Assembly (NCBI GenBank): GCA_964409035.1 | Contig: CAYPBQ010000001.1 | Coordinates: forward strand, 111,638 to 175,637 | DNA length: 64,000 nt | Reading direction: 5' to 3' | Source: an uncultured Candidatus Saccharibacteria bacterium | Lineage (GTDB): Bacteria; Patescibacteriota; Minisyncoccia; Phycocordibacterales; UBA12088 | Part shown: piece by piece, positions 9,745 to 19,569 of the stretch | Numbering within the stretch: the stretch's first letter is position 1 | How the letters are laid out: each line of letters opens with the position of its first letter | Position numbers and translations under genes: made by a program | The notes under the pieces: generated by a model | Told to the model about the DNA's origin: nothing | What the model saw: only the letters and a program-made list of their open reading frames with translations | The model's database searches: none

Positions 9745-11529
9745 CTAATCCCCTTTCATTATTTTCATAAACACATCCTGTGAGAGGTGCACCTTGCCTC
9801 GTTCAAGCATTTTTTTCTTTCCTCGCTTTTGTTTTTCACGTAGCTTCATCTTTCTAGTGATGTCACCACCATATAGGTGCCCCGTCACATCCTTTTTCAT
9901 AGCTGCAATACGCTCCGCAGCGATAATGCGTCCAAAGGCCTTTGCCTGTATTTTTGTCACAAACATTTGCTTAGGGAGTGAGTCCCTCAGCCTCTCTACA
10001 ATTTTAGTCGCCTCTTCTTCCACTCTTCTGAGGGATACCACTCGAGAAAACGCCGGGACAAGCTCTTCAGCAATAAGAACATCAAGACGAGTTACCTCAG
10101 CCTTTCGTGATCCGCCAAATTCATACGATACCGATGCATAGCCAGAGCTAATACTCTTTAACTTATCAAAAAAGTTTCTCATCATCTCTCTAAGTGGCAT
10201 GGTCACTGCCATAATGGTTCTTCCATCAGAAAATGCTTCCGAGTTACTAAGCTCTGCCTCATGATCGTAGAGCATCTGCATCACAGGCCCCACATACTCT
10301 GGTGGTGTAATTATCTTTACATCTACCCACGGCTCCATAACACCCTTATACATGCCATGGTCAGGAAATTTTGAGGGGTTATAAATGGTCTCTATCTTTC
10401 CATTTGATAACTCAACCTCATACACGATACTTGGCAGCGTTACAATCAGCTCAAGTGAAAACTCACGTCTCAAACGCTCGGTTATAATTTCAAGGTGTAG
10501 CATACCCAAAAATCCACACCTAAATCCCCGCCCCAATACACCAGATGTTTCTTCTTCGTAGGTAAGTGATGAATCTGAAAGACGTAGCCTATCAAGCGCC
10601 TGCTTGAGGGCAGAAAAGTCGTCTTGGCTCTCTGGGTACACACTGGCCCAGACAACAGGCCTTGGTGTTTTATACCCCGCAAGCGCTGTTACCGGCTGCT
10701 TAGAAAGCGCGATAGTATCTCCCACAGTAGCTACCCCAGGTTGTTTTATACCAGTTACCACATAGCCAATTTCACCCCCACTAAGGCTATCGACTGGTTT
10801 CTCCTCAGGAACAAATACCCCAACCTCTATCGCAATAAAGGATTCATTAGCGTTCATGAAAGTGAGGTAGTCACCCTTTTTTATCGCCCCATCAAAGAGG
10901 CGCATATACACAATTACCCCTCTATGATTTGAATATTGAAAATCAAATACAAGCGCACTAGTCGTAGTGGCGCCAGTCTCCCTTGGTGGTGGAATCCTTT
11001 CAATGATGGCATCTAGAAGCGTTGCAACACCTTCACCGGTCTTGCCTGAGGTAAGAAGTACATCATCCACATCAACATTAAACTTCAGCGCCATCTCTTC
11101 TCTAAGCTCTTTGGTGCGTGCCGTTGGAGCATCAATTTTTGAGAGCACAGGAATAACCACAAGCCCCTGCTCCTCTGCCATACCAAGGGTTGTGAGCGTT
11201 TGTGCTTGTATCCCCTGTGTCGCGTCAACAAGTAGTATCACTCCCTCTACCGCCTTGAGTGCGCGTGATACCTCATATGAAAAATCTATGTGCCCTGGTG
11301 TATCGATAAGATTAACTACGTATTCGACACCATCTTTCTTCCACACCATTCGAGCTGGCTGCATCTTTATAGTGATACCACGCTCACGCTCAAGCTCCAT
11401 AGAATCGAGTACTTGCTCTTTCATTTTTCTCTTTTCTATCGTGCCTGTTACCTCAAGGAGGCGGTCTGCGAGAGTAGATTTGCCGTGGTCTATGTGGGCA
11501 ATAATGCTAAAGTTGCGGATATGCTTCAT
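9745..11529 (-). CDS. lepA: translation elongation factor 4
   Basis: IRNFSIIAHIDHGKSTLADRL, GFRCGFLGMLHLEI, YGGDITRKMKL. Confidence 0.98.
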   Translation of the reverse strand: MKHIRNFSIIAHIDHGKSTLADRLLEVTGTIEKRKMKEQVLDSMELERERGITIKMQPARMVWKKDGVEYVVNLIDTPGHIDFSYEVSRALKAVEGVILLVDATQGIQAQTLTTLGMAEEQGLVVIPVLSKIDAPTARTKELREEMALKFNVDVDDVLLTSGKTGEGVATLLDAIIERIPPPRETGATTTSALVFDFQYSNHRGVIVYMRLFDGAIKKGDYLTFMNANESFIAIEVGVFVPEEKPVDSLSGGEIGYVVTGIKQPGVATVGDTIALSKQPVTALAGYKTPRPVVWASVYPESQDDFSALKQALDRLRLSDSSLTYEEETSGVLGRGFRCGFLGMLHLEIITERLRREFSLELIVTLPSIVYEVELSNGKIETIYNPSKFPDHGMYKGVMEPWVDVKIITPPEYVGPVMQMLYDHEAELSNSEAFSDGRTIMAVTMPLREMMRNFFDKLKSISSGYASVSYEFGGSRKAEVTRLDVLIAEELVPAFSRVVSLRRVEEEATKIVERLRDSLPKQMFVTKIQAKAFGRIIAAERIAAMKKDVTGHLYGGDITRKMKLREKQKRGKKKMLERGKVHLSQDVFMKIMKGD

Positions 11530-11607
11530 GTAGCGCAATTATGCCCTATTTTAGGCATTTATCAAGGTTAGTATTGACAAAAAATTTGCGTATGACAAGC
11601 TTTAACT

Positions 11608-11832
11608 TGAGGTGGAGGAGTTGACAACCTCCTGTCCGTTAGGGGACTGCGCCAAGAAATGCACATGCCCCCGTCTGGCAACACAGTTTGCTGGATAGCC
11701 TAGAGCCCAATGGGCTAGCAAAGACGGTGTGTCCGATGGTCTACTGACCCAAACGATCCGCTCCGAGCTAGAGCAGAGCTGAGCGGAGGACACCCACCTC
11801 ACTTTAACCCGCAGTCATCGACTGCGGGTTTG
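11608..11832 (+). ncRNA. candidate structured ncRNA (about 195 nt) plus terminator
   Basis: TTGACA at 11574; terminal stem TGAGGTGG/CCACCTCA; internal helices; terminator AACCCGCAGTC-ATC-GACTGCGGGTTT; GC-rich in an AT-rich intergenic region. Confidence 0.5.
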
Positions 11833-11867
11833 TCATTTCAAAATAATACTCAAAAATACTACAATTC

Positions 11868-13541
11868 TTACTCCATTTGCTCATCAGGCAACTGAGTTGG
11901 CCTTGCCGATAACTTATGATGAAGAGCGCCAATCACTTCCCTCACCTCAACATTTTTTAGTACATATAACACAGCAACATATGCAACAAGACCAAACAAT
12001 CCCGCGATTGCTCCTTGCAGTGATATACCGACAAACGTATTAATATCAACCACATCATCCATGAGGTTGAGACCGGTATAAGCAACTATTCCTGCACATA
12101 GTGAGGCAAAACCAGAATGAAGCACCACACGTGCAAGCACTCCAGAAAGTGGAGAAAAATCCTGACCAAAAAATACAAGTAGAAACATCGCATTAAATAG
12201 CATTCCAATGGTATATCCCAAAGGAAGCATAAGTACTTCTGTACCCGCAAGACCCTCTACCCTCAAAAGTGCTTCCATGAATAGTTGAAAGGGCTCATGG
12301 AGAGAAAAAACCGAAAGAAGCAATGTCGCACTTGAAAGACCTGCGATAGAAGAGACAGCATTAATAAGGAAAGGTTTAAGCGTATTACCTGCCGCATAGT
12401 ACGCCCGCACGACAACCAACATCACGCTATGCGCAAAAAGTGAAAGCGCAAAAAGCGCAAGACCTGCTGCAACAAGTCGAGTATCCGCCCAATCAAACTC
12501 CCCTGTTCCCAGCACTGTGCGCACCACCTGCGCTCGTAGCACAATAAGGAGCACCGTTGCAGGAAATGCCCAAAATACAATATGCCTAAGTGCGGTACCT
12601 ATGTGATGTACAAACGATTGCGTATCACCCGCACTAATAAATCGTGACAATATAGGAAATGCAGCGACAGAATAGCTCACCCCTATTATTGCAAGTGGTA
12701 CCGACTGGAGGTTAAACGCAAATGAGAACACTGCAATTGATCCAACCGTCATGTATGACGCTATAGATATAAATATAAACGATAGCATCTGCCCCACTGA
12801 AAGAGTGAGTGTTCGAGGTATCGACATCGAGAGTATCTTCCGAACCACGCTCCACTCGATTGAAAGCGTAAAGGTAGGAAATAGCTTGTGACTAACCATA
12901 AACGGCAGTTGAATTGCCAAGTGAAGAGTAGCTCCAATGGCAACACCTAGTGCTAATCCTGCAATACCAAGCAATGGGTACAAAAAGAGTACACCAAAAA
13001 TTATACCGATATTGTATAGAATTGGTGATATGCCGTAGAGTAAAAACTTTTGGTACACCTGAGTGACAGAAGCACAAAGATTAGACACGCCAAGTATAAT
13101 TGGTTGTACTAATAGTATGCGTATAAGCAAGGTCAAATCTCCATGAAGCGCTTCCTCAAAGCCCGGAAATAGTAACGGTACTAATGCCGGCGCAAGGACA
13201 AATACCACCGCGCTTGTACCAGCAATAAGTATGAGAAAAAAACTATATAAACTTGAGAGCAATTCTCGTACTTTCTCTGTAGAAATAAGTAATCGCTCAG
13301 AAAGAAATGGAATAAGCACATACACCGACACCAATGAACCAAGTAATACATACAAGAGATCAGGTATACGAAATGCCGCGTAATAGAGATCAAGGGTCAC
13401 ACCTGCACCAAATTCATGAGCGAGTATTCTATCTCGAAGGAGGGCAAGTACTTGTGAAGTAAGGGTAAATATACCCAAAAGGTACGCAGCCTCGTGGAGA
13501 CCGCGTACCTCTCGGTATAAAAATCCAAACACCTTAGACAT
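11868..13541 (-). CDS. murJ: lipid II flippase MurJ
   Basis: SQVLALLRD, DLYYAAFRIPDLL, RAYYAAGNTLKP; about 14 TM. Confidence 0.93.
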   Translation of the reverse strand: MSKVFGFLYREVRGLHEAAYLLGIFTLTSQVLALLRDRILAHEFGAGVTLDLYYAAFRIPDLLYVLLGSLVSVYVLIPFLSERLLISTEKVRELLSSLYSFFLILIAGTSAVVFVLAPALVPLLFPGFEEALHGDLTLLIRILLVQPIILGVSNLCASVTQVYQKFLLYGISPILYNIGIIFGVLFLYPLLGIAGLALGVAIGATLHLAIQLPFMVSHKLFPTFTLSIEWSVVRKILSMSIPRTLTLSVGQMLSFIFISIASYMTVGSIAVFSFAFNLQSVPLAIIGVSYSVAAFPILSRFISAGDTQSFVHHIGTALRHIVFWAFPATVLLIVLRAQVVRTVLGTGEFDWADTRLVAAGLALFALSLFAHSVMLVVVRAYYAAGNTLKPFLINAVSSIAGLSSATLLLSVFSLHEPFQLFMEALLRVEGLAGTEVLMLPLGYTIGMLFNAMFLLVFFGQDFSPLSGVLARVVLHSGFASLCAGIVAYTGLNLMDDVVDINTFVGISLQGAIAGLFGLVAYVAVLYVLKNVEVREVIGALHHKLSARPTQLPDEQME

Positions 13542-13556
13542 GAGTACAGTATACTC

Positions 13557-15974
13557 CTATTCAAGCACTTCTGTACTTGTTGACGACTCTTCACTTACCG
13601 GGAGTGAATCGAGAGACTCAACAGATGATGACGTGTTCTCAGAAACTGGAGGAAGTCCGTTTTCAAGATTTTCAAGAACACTCTCAATCTCAGCATTATC
13701 CGGATTAAGTGTTTGTACCTTCTTGAACTGTTCAATCGCACTGTCGATATCACCCCTCTCGTACTCAGAAAGACCAAGGAAGTAAAGTGCGTTTGAGTAA
13801 TCTGGATTAAGCGCTATCGCTCTTGAGAATGATGATGACGCACCCTCATACTGTTTGTCTGAGTACTTGAGTAGTCCAAGCTGGAAGAAATTAACAGCAT
13901 TTGTTGGTTCTATGATAGTAGTTGCTTCGACACTCTTTATCGCCTCTTCGGTCTCTCCTTCGTTTATCTGAATTTGCGCCAAGAGGAATATTGCTTCTGT
14001 ATAGTTATTCTTCTTTTCTAGGGCGAGCTGAATCTTTTCTTTTGCAGTCTCATTGTTACCATTTGCACTTTCTAGCTGCGCAAGACCCAAGAAGATTGCT
14101 GGTGATTGTGGGTTAAACTCTAGCGCACGTGCATAGGCTTGTGTTGCCCCATCATACGCACCTTCAACCTTAAGAGGTACTACTGTTTGATATACCTGTG
14201 CGAGATTTATCCAGTTTTGATAGTTTGTTGGATCAAGGACAGTGGCACGCTGTGCGTTTTGGATAGCAGCAGCAAGTACCGCTTGGAATTGTGTTCGAGC
14301 CTCCTCTTCAGAAAGTGTTTCTGATTGAGCAACCTCGCTAAGTCTAATGAGATTAAGATTGGTACCAAATCGATAGTACGCATCTACCTCATTAAGAGTC
14401 ACCGCTTGTGACACTAATGCCTCGGCTTTCTCAATGTCATTTTCTACATTGAGAGCTACCACTCCCTTTTGAAAGTACATTGCGCTTGCATATCGCTCAC
14501 CGATTGCAAATATTGAAGCGATGCTTCCAAGAAACAGCAAGGTGAGGAAAAGCACTGAGATAAAGCCAAGACGAGGGTTTTCTACAAAAGAAATTTCCTT
14601 TTCTGAAAAACCTCCCGGCTGACGTCTGATAGATGCAATAAATACTCCAGTGAGCAAAAAGGCGAAGAACAGAATGCTGTGACTAGGTGTATAAATGATT
14701 GCAAATATCCACAAGAAGAGTGCCCCAAGGTATGACGAGAGCGATAGGTACGAAGAAAGTGGGTCAGCGTTTGCTCGCATTACCAGCGCTCTAAAGCCTG
14801 CGTATAAGAATAATCCAATGAAGAGAATCCATGATATCGCACCAACAGCACCAGTGGTTGCAAGTGAAGTCGGAATGTAGCCAATACCGCTAGCAAAATC
14901 TGCAGACCAAAATAGTGTTTGATTGATTTCAACAGGCTTATTGAGTAGCCACTCTCTCGAGAAGGAGCCAGGACCAGAGCCAAATATCGCATGCTTTGCA
15001 TACGTACTCTGAATCACATCGGCAGTACTTTGCCAGGATGGACGCACCTCAAGCTGTGAGACATTAAAGAATGTAGATACGCTGTTACCGATAAAATTAC
15101 CTCCAACAAGAAATACAAGACATAATGACAGCACCAAGAGCGAAGCAAACGATGTTTGCCCTTCTCCCACAAGCTCACGCATTTGTGATTCACTCTCAAG
15201 TGAATCAGTGGTAGCTCTCTCGCGAGAGTATCGTCCGGTGGTTAAACTGTAGACAAAGGTACCAAGTGCAAATGCACCAATCACCCACCATACTACGCTA
15301 AAGTTGATTACAATAAGCATTGCAATAGATACTGCAAGCGCCCCGACAACGACAAGCTTTATTTTTCCATGAAGCGTAAGTCCAACAAGAGTTACGAGTG
15401 ACAGCACAGTAACCAATCCAAAGAATATTGCGAGATCATTCCAAGAACCAAGCACGTTTGCAGTGGTACTCGTAAAAATGCCGAAAGAAAGAAAATTTGG
15501 TCCAAAAAACAATCTTGCGATTTGAAATACAGCAACTATCCCAACTGACGCCATAAAAGCGCCGTATAGCTTTAGAAGACTCTCTCTTTTTCTAAGTCCA
15601 ATCGCAACAAGTGTTGCAATAAGTGTAAGTACTCCAACAAACGCAAAAGAGTCTGTGTTAAAGCCTTGACCAAGAAGTGATTGCTCTATGTTTCCTGAGA
15701 ATAATGAAGAAACAAGATACGCAATAGGAATCATCCACATCGCACCCATAAGTGGACTCATAGGAATGAGTATTCTGCGCTCTTTCATTCTTGCCACTAT
15801 GTAGAATGCGACACCGAGTAACGCTACTATTGCGATAAAAAACGCCTTAGTAAACTGAAACGGGGCAAACAAAAGAGGAATAAATACGATAGGAACAAGA
15901 GCGGTAGCCCCAATGAGAAGCCACTCAAGCATCCCATCAAATCCTGCGCGTGATTTCTGCGGAAGATATGCCAT
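13557..15974 (-). CDS. polytopic membrane protein (O-antigen ligase-like) with C-terminal TPR repeats
   Basis: About 12 TM helices, FGSGPGSF loop motif, multiple TPR repeats. Confidence 0.75.
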   Translation of the reverse strand: MAYLPQKSRAGFDGMLEWLLIGATALVPIVFIPLLFAPFQFTKAFFIAIVALLGVAFYIVARMKERRILIPMSPLMGAMWMIPIAYLVSSLFSGNIEQSLLGQGFNTDSFAFVGVLTLIATLVAIGLRKRESLLKLYGAFMASVGIVAVFQIARLFFGPNFLSFGIFTSTTANVLGSWNDLAIFFGLVTVLSLVTLVGLTLHGKIKLVVVGALAVSIAMLIVINFSVVWWVIGAFALGTFVYSLTTGRYSRERATTDSLESESQMRELVGEGQTSFASLLVLSLCLVFLVGGNFIGNSVSTFFNVSQLEVRPSWQSTADVIQSTYAKHAIFGSGPGSFSREWLLNKPVEINQTLFWSADFASGIGYIPTSLATTGAVGAISWILFIGLFLYAGFRALVMRANADPLSSYLSLSSYLGALFLWIFAIIYTPSHSILFFAFLLTGVFIASIRRQPGGFSEKEISFVENPRLGFISVLFLTLLFLGSIASIFAIGERYASAMYFQKGVVALNVENDIEKAEALVSQAVTLNEVDAYYRFGTNLNLIRLSEVAQSETLSEEEARTQFQAVLAAAIQNAQRATVLDPTNYQNWINLAQVYQTVVPLKVEGAYDGATQAYARALEFNPQSPAIFLGLAQLESANGNNETAKEKIQLALEKKNNYTEAIFLLAQIQINEGETEEAIKSVEATTIIEPTNAVNFFQLGLLKYSDKQYEGASSSFSRAIALNPDYSNALYFLGLSEYERGDIDSAIEQFKKVQTLNPDNAEIESVLENLENGLPPVSENTSSSVESLDSLPVSEESSTSTEVLE

Positions 15975-16132
15975 AGATATGTTAGTTATGTATAAAGTGG
16001 ATCAAGGTTTTAGTATGCACATGCCCGCATCTAGTGGGAGGTGTGGTACCTACACCGAGAGCCTAAACACTACCCACATAGTATACGACTAAACAATCAT
16101 ATTGCACACGAAGCGGTGTGGGTAACTACATA

Positions 16133-16163
16133 GAAATACGCCCGCATTACGCGGGCGTATTTC
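16133..16163 (-). terminator. terminator downstream of rnpB
   Basis: GAAATACGCCCGC-ATTAC-GCGGGCGTATTTC. Confidence 0.75.
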
Positions 16164-16173
16164 ATATCTCGAT

Positions 16174-16570
16174 ATCTGTGCCTATAAGCCGAATTCTGTC
16201 TATCCCTATAGATGAGTACTATATGGGAGATAGTTATGTATCTAGGAGTGTTGTTACCAACACCCTCAAGCGGCTCTCCCCACCCATCTTAATCTTTATC
16301 TATATATAGAAGACTAAGATGGATGGGGCACGGCCTTGCACGCAGGTAGGAATTTTGCCGTTTCAGCCTTGCCTCACAACAAGGTTTTCTGCATATTGCA
16401 TACGCTATATGCAGACCGCATTTCTCTCAAAATAGCGCGTCTCTGTTCGCATCCCGTGGGTCACCCCAGGCGGGCGTTACCCGCTACCATTCTCCAGCTT
16501 TCACTGAGCGTGTTCGGACTTTCCTCTCTTTGTATACTTGCGTAACAAAGAGCAACTATCCAGCACAGAC
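16174..16570 (-). ncRNA. rnpB: RNase P RNA
   Basis: Minus strand GAGGAAAGTCCGAACAC near the 5' end and GACAGAATTCGGCTTATAG at the 3' end; P1 helix CTGTGC/GCACAG; TATAAT just upstream. Confidence 0.95.
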
Positions 16571-16603
16571 CTTTTATATTATACAACACTTTTATATATA
16601 TGA

Positions 16604-16708
16604 AAACACCCTTTGTGAGGGTGTTGGGGGGGCGTGGAGCTAATCACGATGACTAGCTCCACGCTACGAGAGGTGCTGGGGGCGTTGGGGAGGAATCACG
16701 CCGACCTC
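16604..16708 (-). ncRNA. candidate small RNA with C-rich loops
   Basis: Promoter TTGCAA-17-TATTCT (16713-16741, minus); three hairpins, the last followed by TTTT. Confidence 0.4.
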
Positions 16709-16742
16709 ATATAGAATACCCGTATACTGATATTTTTGCAAA

Positions 16743-17222
16743 TCACTCATCCTCCGCAGCAAACTCCATGTAGCGAAGTGTATCCCCCACCTTCATGCCA
16801 AGAGCGCTTGCAACACCACGGTTAACCTCAAGCACGTAGGTTGCCATTGTTGGCGGCTCAAATACTTTAGGGTAACTCTCTGGAGCAACATCCTCTTCGA
16901 TATGCACAATGGTAAGTGTGCTATCGACCCATACAATATCAATAGCAAACTTCATATCCTTCATCCATATACCGTGCGTGTCGGGAGTATCAAACACAAA
17001 CCATAGCCCAGTATCTTGTGGCAGCATCTCTCTATTTGAGAGTCCTGTTCTTCTTTCAAATGGTGTGCGTGCTACCTCAATTTTAAGCGGAGTAGTATTT
17101 ACAAGCAAAAGCGCAAGTGGTGCCTCTTGCTTGGCAACAATAGGTGAGAAGTATCCTTCCTCAAGAGCATAAACAAGACCTGTCGCCACAAACATGACAA
17201 TCCCAAAGATTGCTATACGCAT
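16743..17222 (-). CDS. DUF192 family protein
   Basis: EVARTPFERRTGLS, GIWMKDMKFAIDIVW, YVLEVNRG. Confidence 0.9.
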   Translation of the reverse strand: MRIAIFGIVMFVATGLVYALEEGYFSPIVAKQEAPLALLLVNTTPLKIEVARTPFERRTGLSNREMLPQDTGLWFVFDTPDTHGIWMKDMKFAIDIVWVDSTLTIVHIEEDVAPESYPKVFEPPTMATYVLEVNRGVASALGMKVGDTLRYMEFAAEDE

Positions 17223-17223
17223 A

Positions 17224-17634
17224 CTATTGCCACAACACAAGCACGCTAGCTACTGCAACTATACGAAGCGCCTCGTAGCCAACATATATAAGAAACAGAT
17301 TAAATGGCTTCTTCTCCCAAATTACTCCACCTAGATAATTAGTGACGATAAAACCCACCCAAATAATTGACCCTATAACAATGCCATCATATACGCTTGT
17401 TGCATTAGCAATACGAAGTATTATTGCAAGCACAGTAGAAAAGACGGCAGCGGTCAAAAATCCAGCGCCCATCACCTTTATCATTTCAGCACCCGATGGT
17501 TTAGATTGAGATACTCCTGTAAGTCTCATCCACGATCTTCCGATTGATGTCATTGGTGAGTACCAGAATGTTCCTATTACCATACTGATAATCGCTGAAA
17601 CAACAATTGCCCATGTATTTAAATCTTCAAACAT
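17224..17634 (-). CDS. DUF1761 family membrane protein
   Basis: N.WAIVVSAI..MVIGTFWYSP..GRSWM; 4 TM. Confidence 0.85.
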   Translation of the reverse strand: MFEDLNTWAIVVSAIISMVIGTFWYSPMTSIGRSWMRLTGVSQSKPSGAEMIKVMGAGFLTAAVFSTVLAIILRIANATSVYDGIVIGSIIWVGFIVTNYLGGVIWEKKPFNLFLIYVGYEALRIVAVASVLVLWQ

Positions 17635-17750
17635 ATAAAAATTAGAGATGTTTATAACAATACATATATTGTCTATGTAGTGGAGAAAAAAGTAAAGGCA
17701 GTAATGGACATAAGTCCATTACTGCCCCCCTTCGACTTGAGGCTTATGCC

Positions 17751-17954
17751 TCATTTTTTCTTTTTCTTTTTCTTTCTTGAAGCCTCTATTGAAGGCCAGT
17801 TCATAGATTGGGGACCCTCTCCCTCAACCATGCTAGTAAGAGACCTCACTCTACCGAATCTTGCAAGGTTAATAGATATATCGAGTCTCTCTCTTACCTC
17901 ATCAAAATTCGGAGGTAATAACGACACCGGATCGAGTACATCGCGAAAAGTCAT
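17751..17954 (-). CDS. small hypothetical protein with poly-Lys tail
   Basis: RBS GGGAGG upstream; terminator hairpin at 17696-17728 downstream. Confidence 0.5.
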   Translation of the reverse strand: MTFRDVLDPVSLLPPNFDEVRERLDISINLARFGRVRSLTSMVEGEGPQSMNWPSIEASRKKKKKKK

Positions 17955-18041
17955 AACACACCTCCCAAGAAGCTGTTACCGCATTATGTGTACCACACCA
18001 TGCTCCATTTTAGCAATACTTTATGGTATAACAGCGTGACT

Positions 18042-18128
18042 GGAGGGTTCGCATAGTGGTCGAGTGCGCCGCCTTGGAAAGGCGGTATTGGGGAAACCCA
18101 ATCGAGGGTTCGAATCCCTCACCCTCCG
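18042..18128 (+). tRNA. tRNA-Ser(GGA)
   Basis: GGAGGGT acceptor, anticodon loop TTGGAAA, long variable arm, GGTTCGAATCC; TGGTATAAC promoter upstream. Confidence 0.95.
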
Positions 18129-18151
18129 CAATTTTGAACGTAGTAAAAAAG

Positions 18152-18313
18152 TGCGGAGGGTGAGAAAGGTACCTTCGTACCTTTCGTAGGGATTCGAAGC
18201 GCCGGAGTATATTGCGAAGCAATACGAGGCGCCGTCCTAGGAATGCGAGGTTTTTGTGAGCTGCAAGGCGAAACAAAACCCGCAATTCAGGGGACAATCC
18301 CTCACCCTCCGCA
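18152..18313 (+). repeat. tRNA-Ser-associated fold-back element 1
   Basis: TGCGGAGGGTGAG-[hairpin]-GGGATTCGAA is antisense to the tRNA 3' end; element ends with direct copy AATCCCTCACCCTCCGCA. Confidence 0.85.
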
Positions 18314-18357
18314 AAACAAGGAGAACAATGCGAAGTATTGGGCGACTATGTTTTGAG

Positions 18358-18550
18358 AGAGTGGTGAGGGATTCGCACCACAAGAGTATTTCCATGTTAC
18401 TAATTCGCCTTGCTCATAAGTAACATTGGTCAACGCCGGAGGCGGTCTACGATTTTACGAAACGAAGTGTAGTAAAATTGTCGCCGAGGCGCGACCAGCG
18501 TGCTTAGCCCGTAGGGCTTAGCAAAAGCGGGTCGAATCCCTCACCGCTCT
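18358..18550 (+). repeat. tRNA-Ser-associated fold-back element 2
   Basis: Arms AGAGTGGTGAGGGATTCG / CGAATCCCTCACCGCTCT; internal CGCCGGAG...CGAGGCG scaffold. Confidence 0.8.
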
Positions 18551-18648
18551 AAGGATTTAATATTGGAAATAGATAGAGGTATTACACAAAGATGCGCTGC
18601 AAACGCCATCATTTTAATAGATTGTTAGTTGGGTGGTAGGATAAAAAT

Positions 18649-19071
18649 ATGTCGAAACAAATTTATATTAATTTAATTACCAAAGATCTCGCCAAGTCCT
18701 CTGCTTTTTATAGAGCTATAGGGTTTATAAAGAATGAAGTGTTTTCAAATTCCGATGCTGAGTCATTTATGTATAGCGATGATATTGTCTTTATGATACT
18801 CACTGAGGAATTTGCAAAAAACTTCAATGACGGCAAGACCTTCCCAGATCAGAAGAAAACTGTCAGTGCACTCTATGCCCTAAGCTGTGCTTCAAAGGAG
18901 GAAGTAGACAACATGTGCGCTGCCGCAAAATCAGCAGGAGGTAGAGTCTATGAAAATGAATACAATAAAAAGGTAGCGGGCGACTTTATGTACTCTTTTG
19001 AAATCGAAGATCCAGATGGGTATATCCTCGAGCCAGTATTTATGGATATGACCAAATTCTCACAAGGGTAA
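18649..19071 (+). CDS. VOC/glyoxalase family protein
   Basis: IYINL..KDL.KS.AFY.AIGF; EDPDGYILE. Confidence 0.88.
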   Translation: MSKQIYINLITKDLAKSSAFYRAIGFIKNEVFSNSDAESFMYSDDIVFMILTEEFAKNFNDGKTFPDQKKTVSALYALSCASKEEVDNMCAAAKSAGGRVYENEYNKKVAGDFMYSFEIEDPDGYILEPVFMDMTKFSQG

Positions 19072-19123
19072 ACCTGGGGTTAGTTACTATAACTAACATA
19101 GATTCTATTTTTAGTAGAAATGT

Positions 19124-19558
19124 ATGTCCTACACCAACAAAACACAGCCGACAAAAACTAGCCCTGAGAAGTATTTGAAGGAAAACTTTAAGGGAAAAGA
19201 AAAAGTGCAAAGCGAGGCACTGGCTTTAGTTGATCTGTATACAAAAGTCACTGGCTCCCCGTGTGTGATGTGGAACAAAATTTTTGGCTTTGGGAAATAT
19301 CATTATTTAGATAGCAAAGGCGGCGAACATACCCACCTTATAACTGGCTTTGCTATTTCTTCAACCGGCTTCACCCTCTACAACATGATAGGCTGGGAGA
19401 CTTATAAAAAAGAAATTGAAAAACTTGGTAAATACAAGCTCTCGGGTAAATCTTGTCTTGCAATAAAGAGCATAGAAGATATTGATCTGAAGGTGCTAAA
19501 AGCGGTTGCAAAAAGCTCATTTGTCTTGATGAAGAAACGCTATAGAACTGAAAAGTAA
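19124..19558 (+). CDS. DUF1801 (YdhG-like) protein
   Basis: NKTQPT, MW..IFGFGKYHY, LGKYK.GKSCL.IK. Confidence 0.8.
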   Translation: MSYTNKTQPTKTSPEKYLKENFKGKEKVQSEALALVDLYTKVTGSPCVMWNKIFGFGKYHYLDSKGGEHTHLITGFAISSTGFTLYNMIGWETYKKEIEKLGKYKLSGKSCLAIKSIEDIDLKVLKAVAKSSFVLMKKRYRTEK

Positions 19559-19569
19559 TTTGATACCAC

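Noticed and set aside
16118-16545. Plus-strand ORFs of 63 and 69 aa
   Set aside because: They are antisense to the RNase P RNA.
18152-18550. Extra tRNA genes after tRNA-Ser (and after tRNA-Arg)
   Set aside because: Only T-arm/acceptor 3' fragments are present, with no D arm or anticodon arm.
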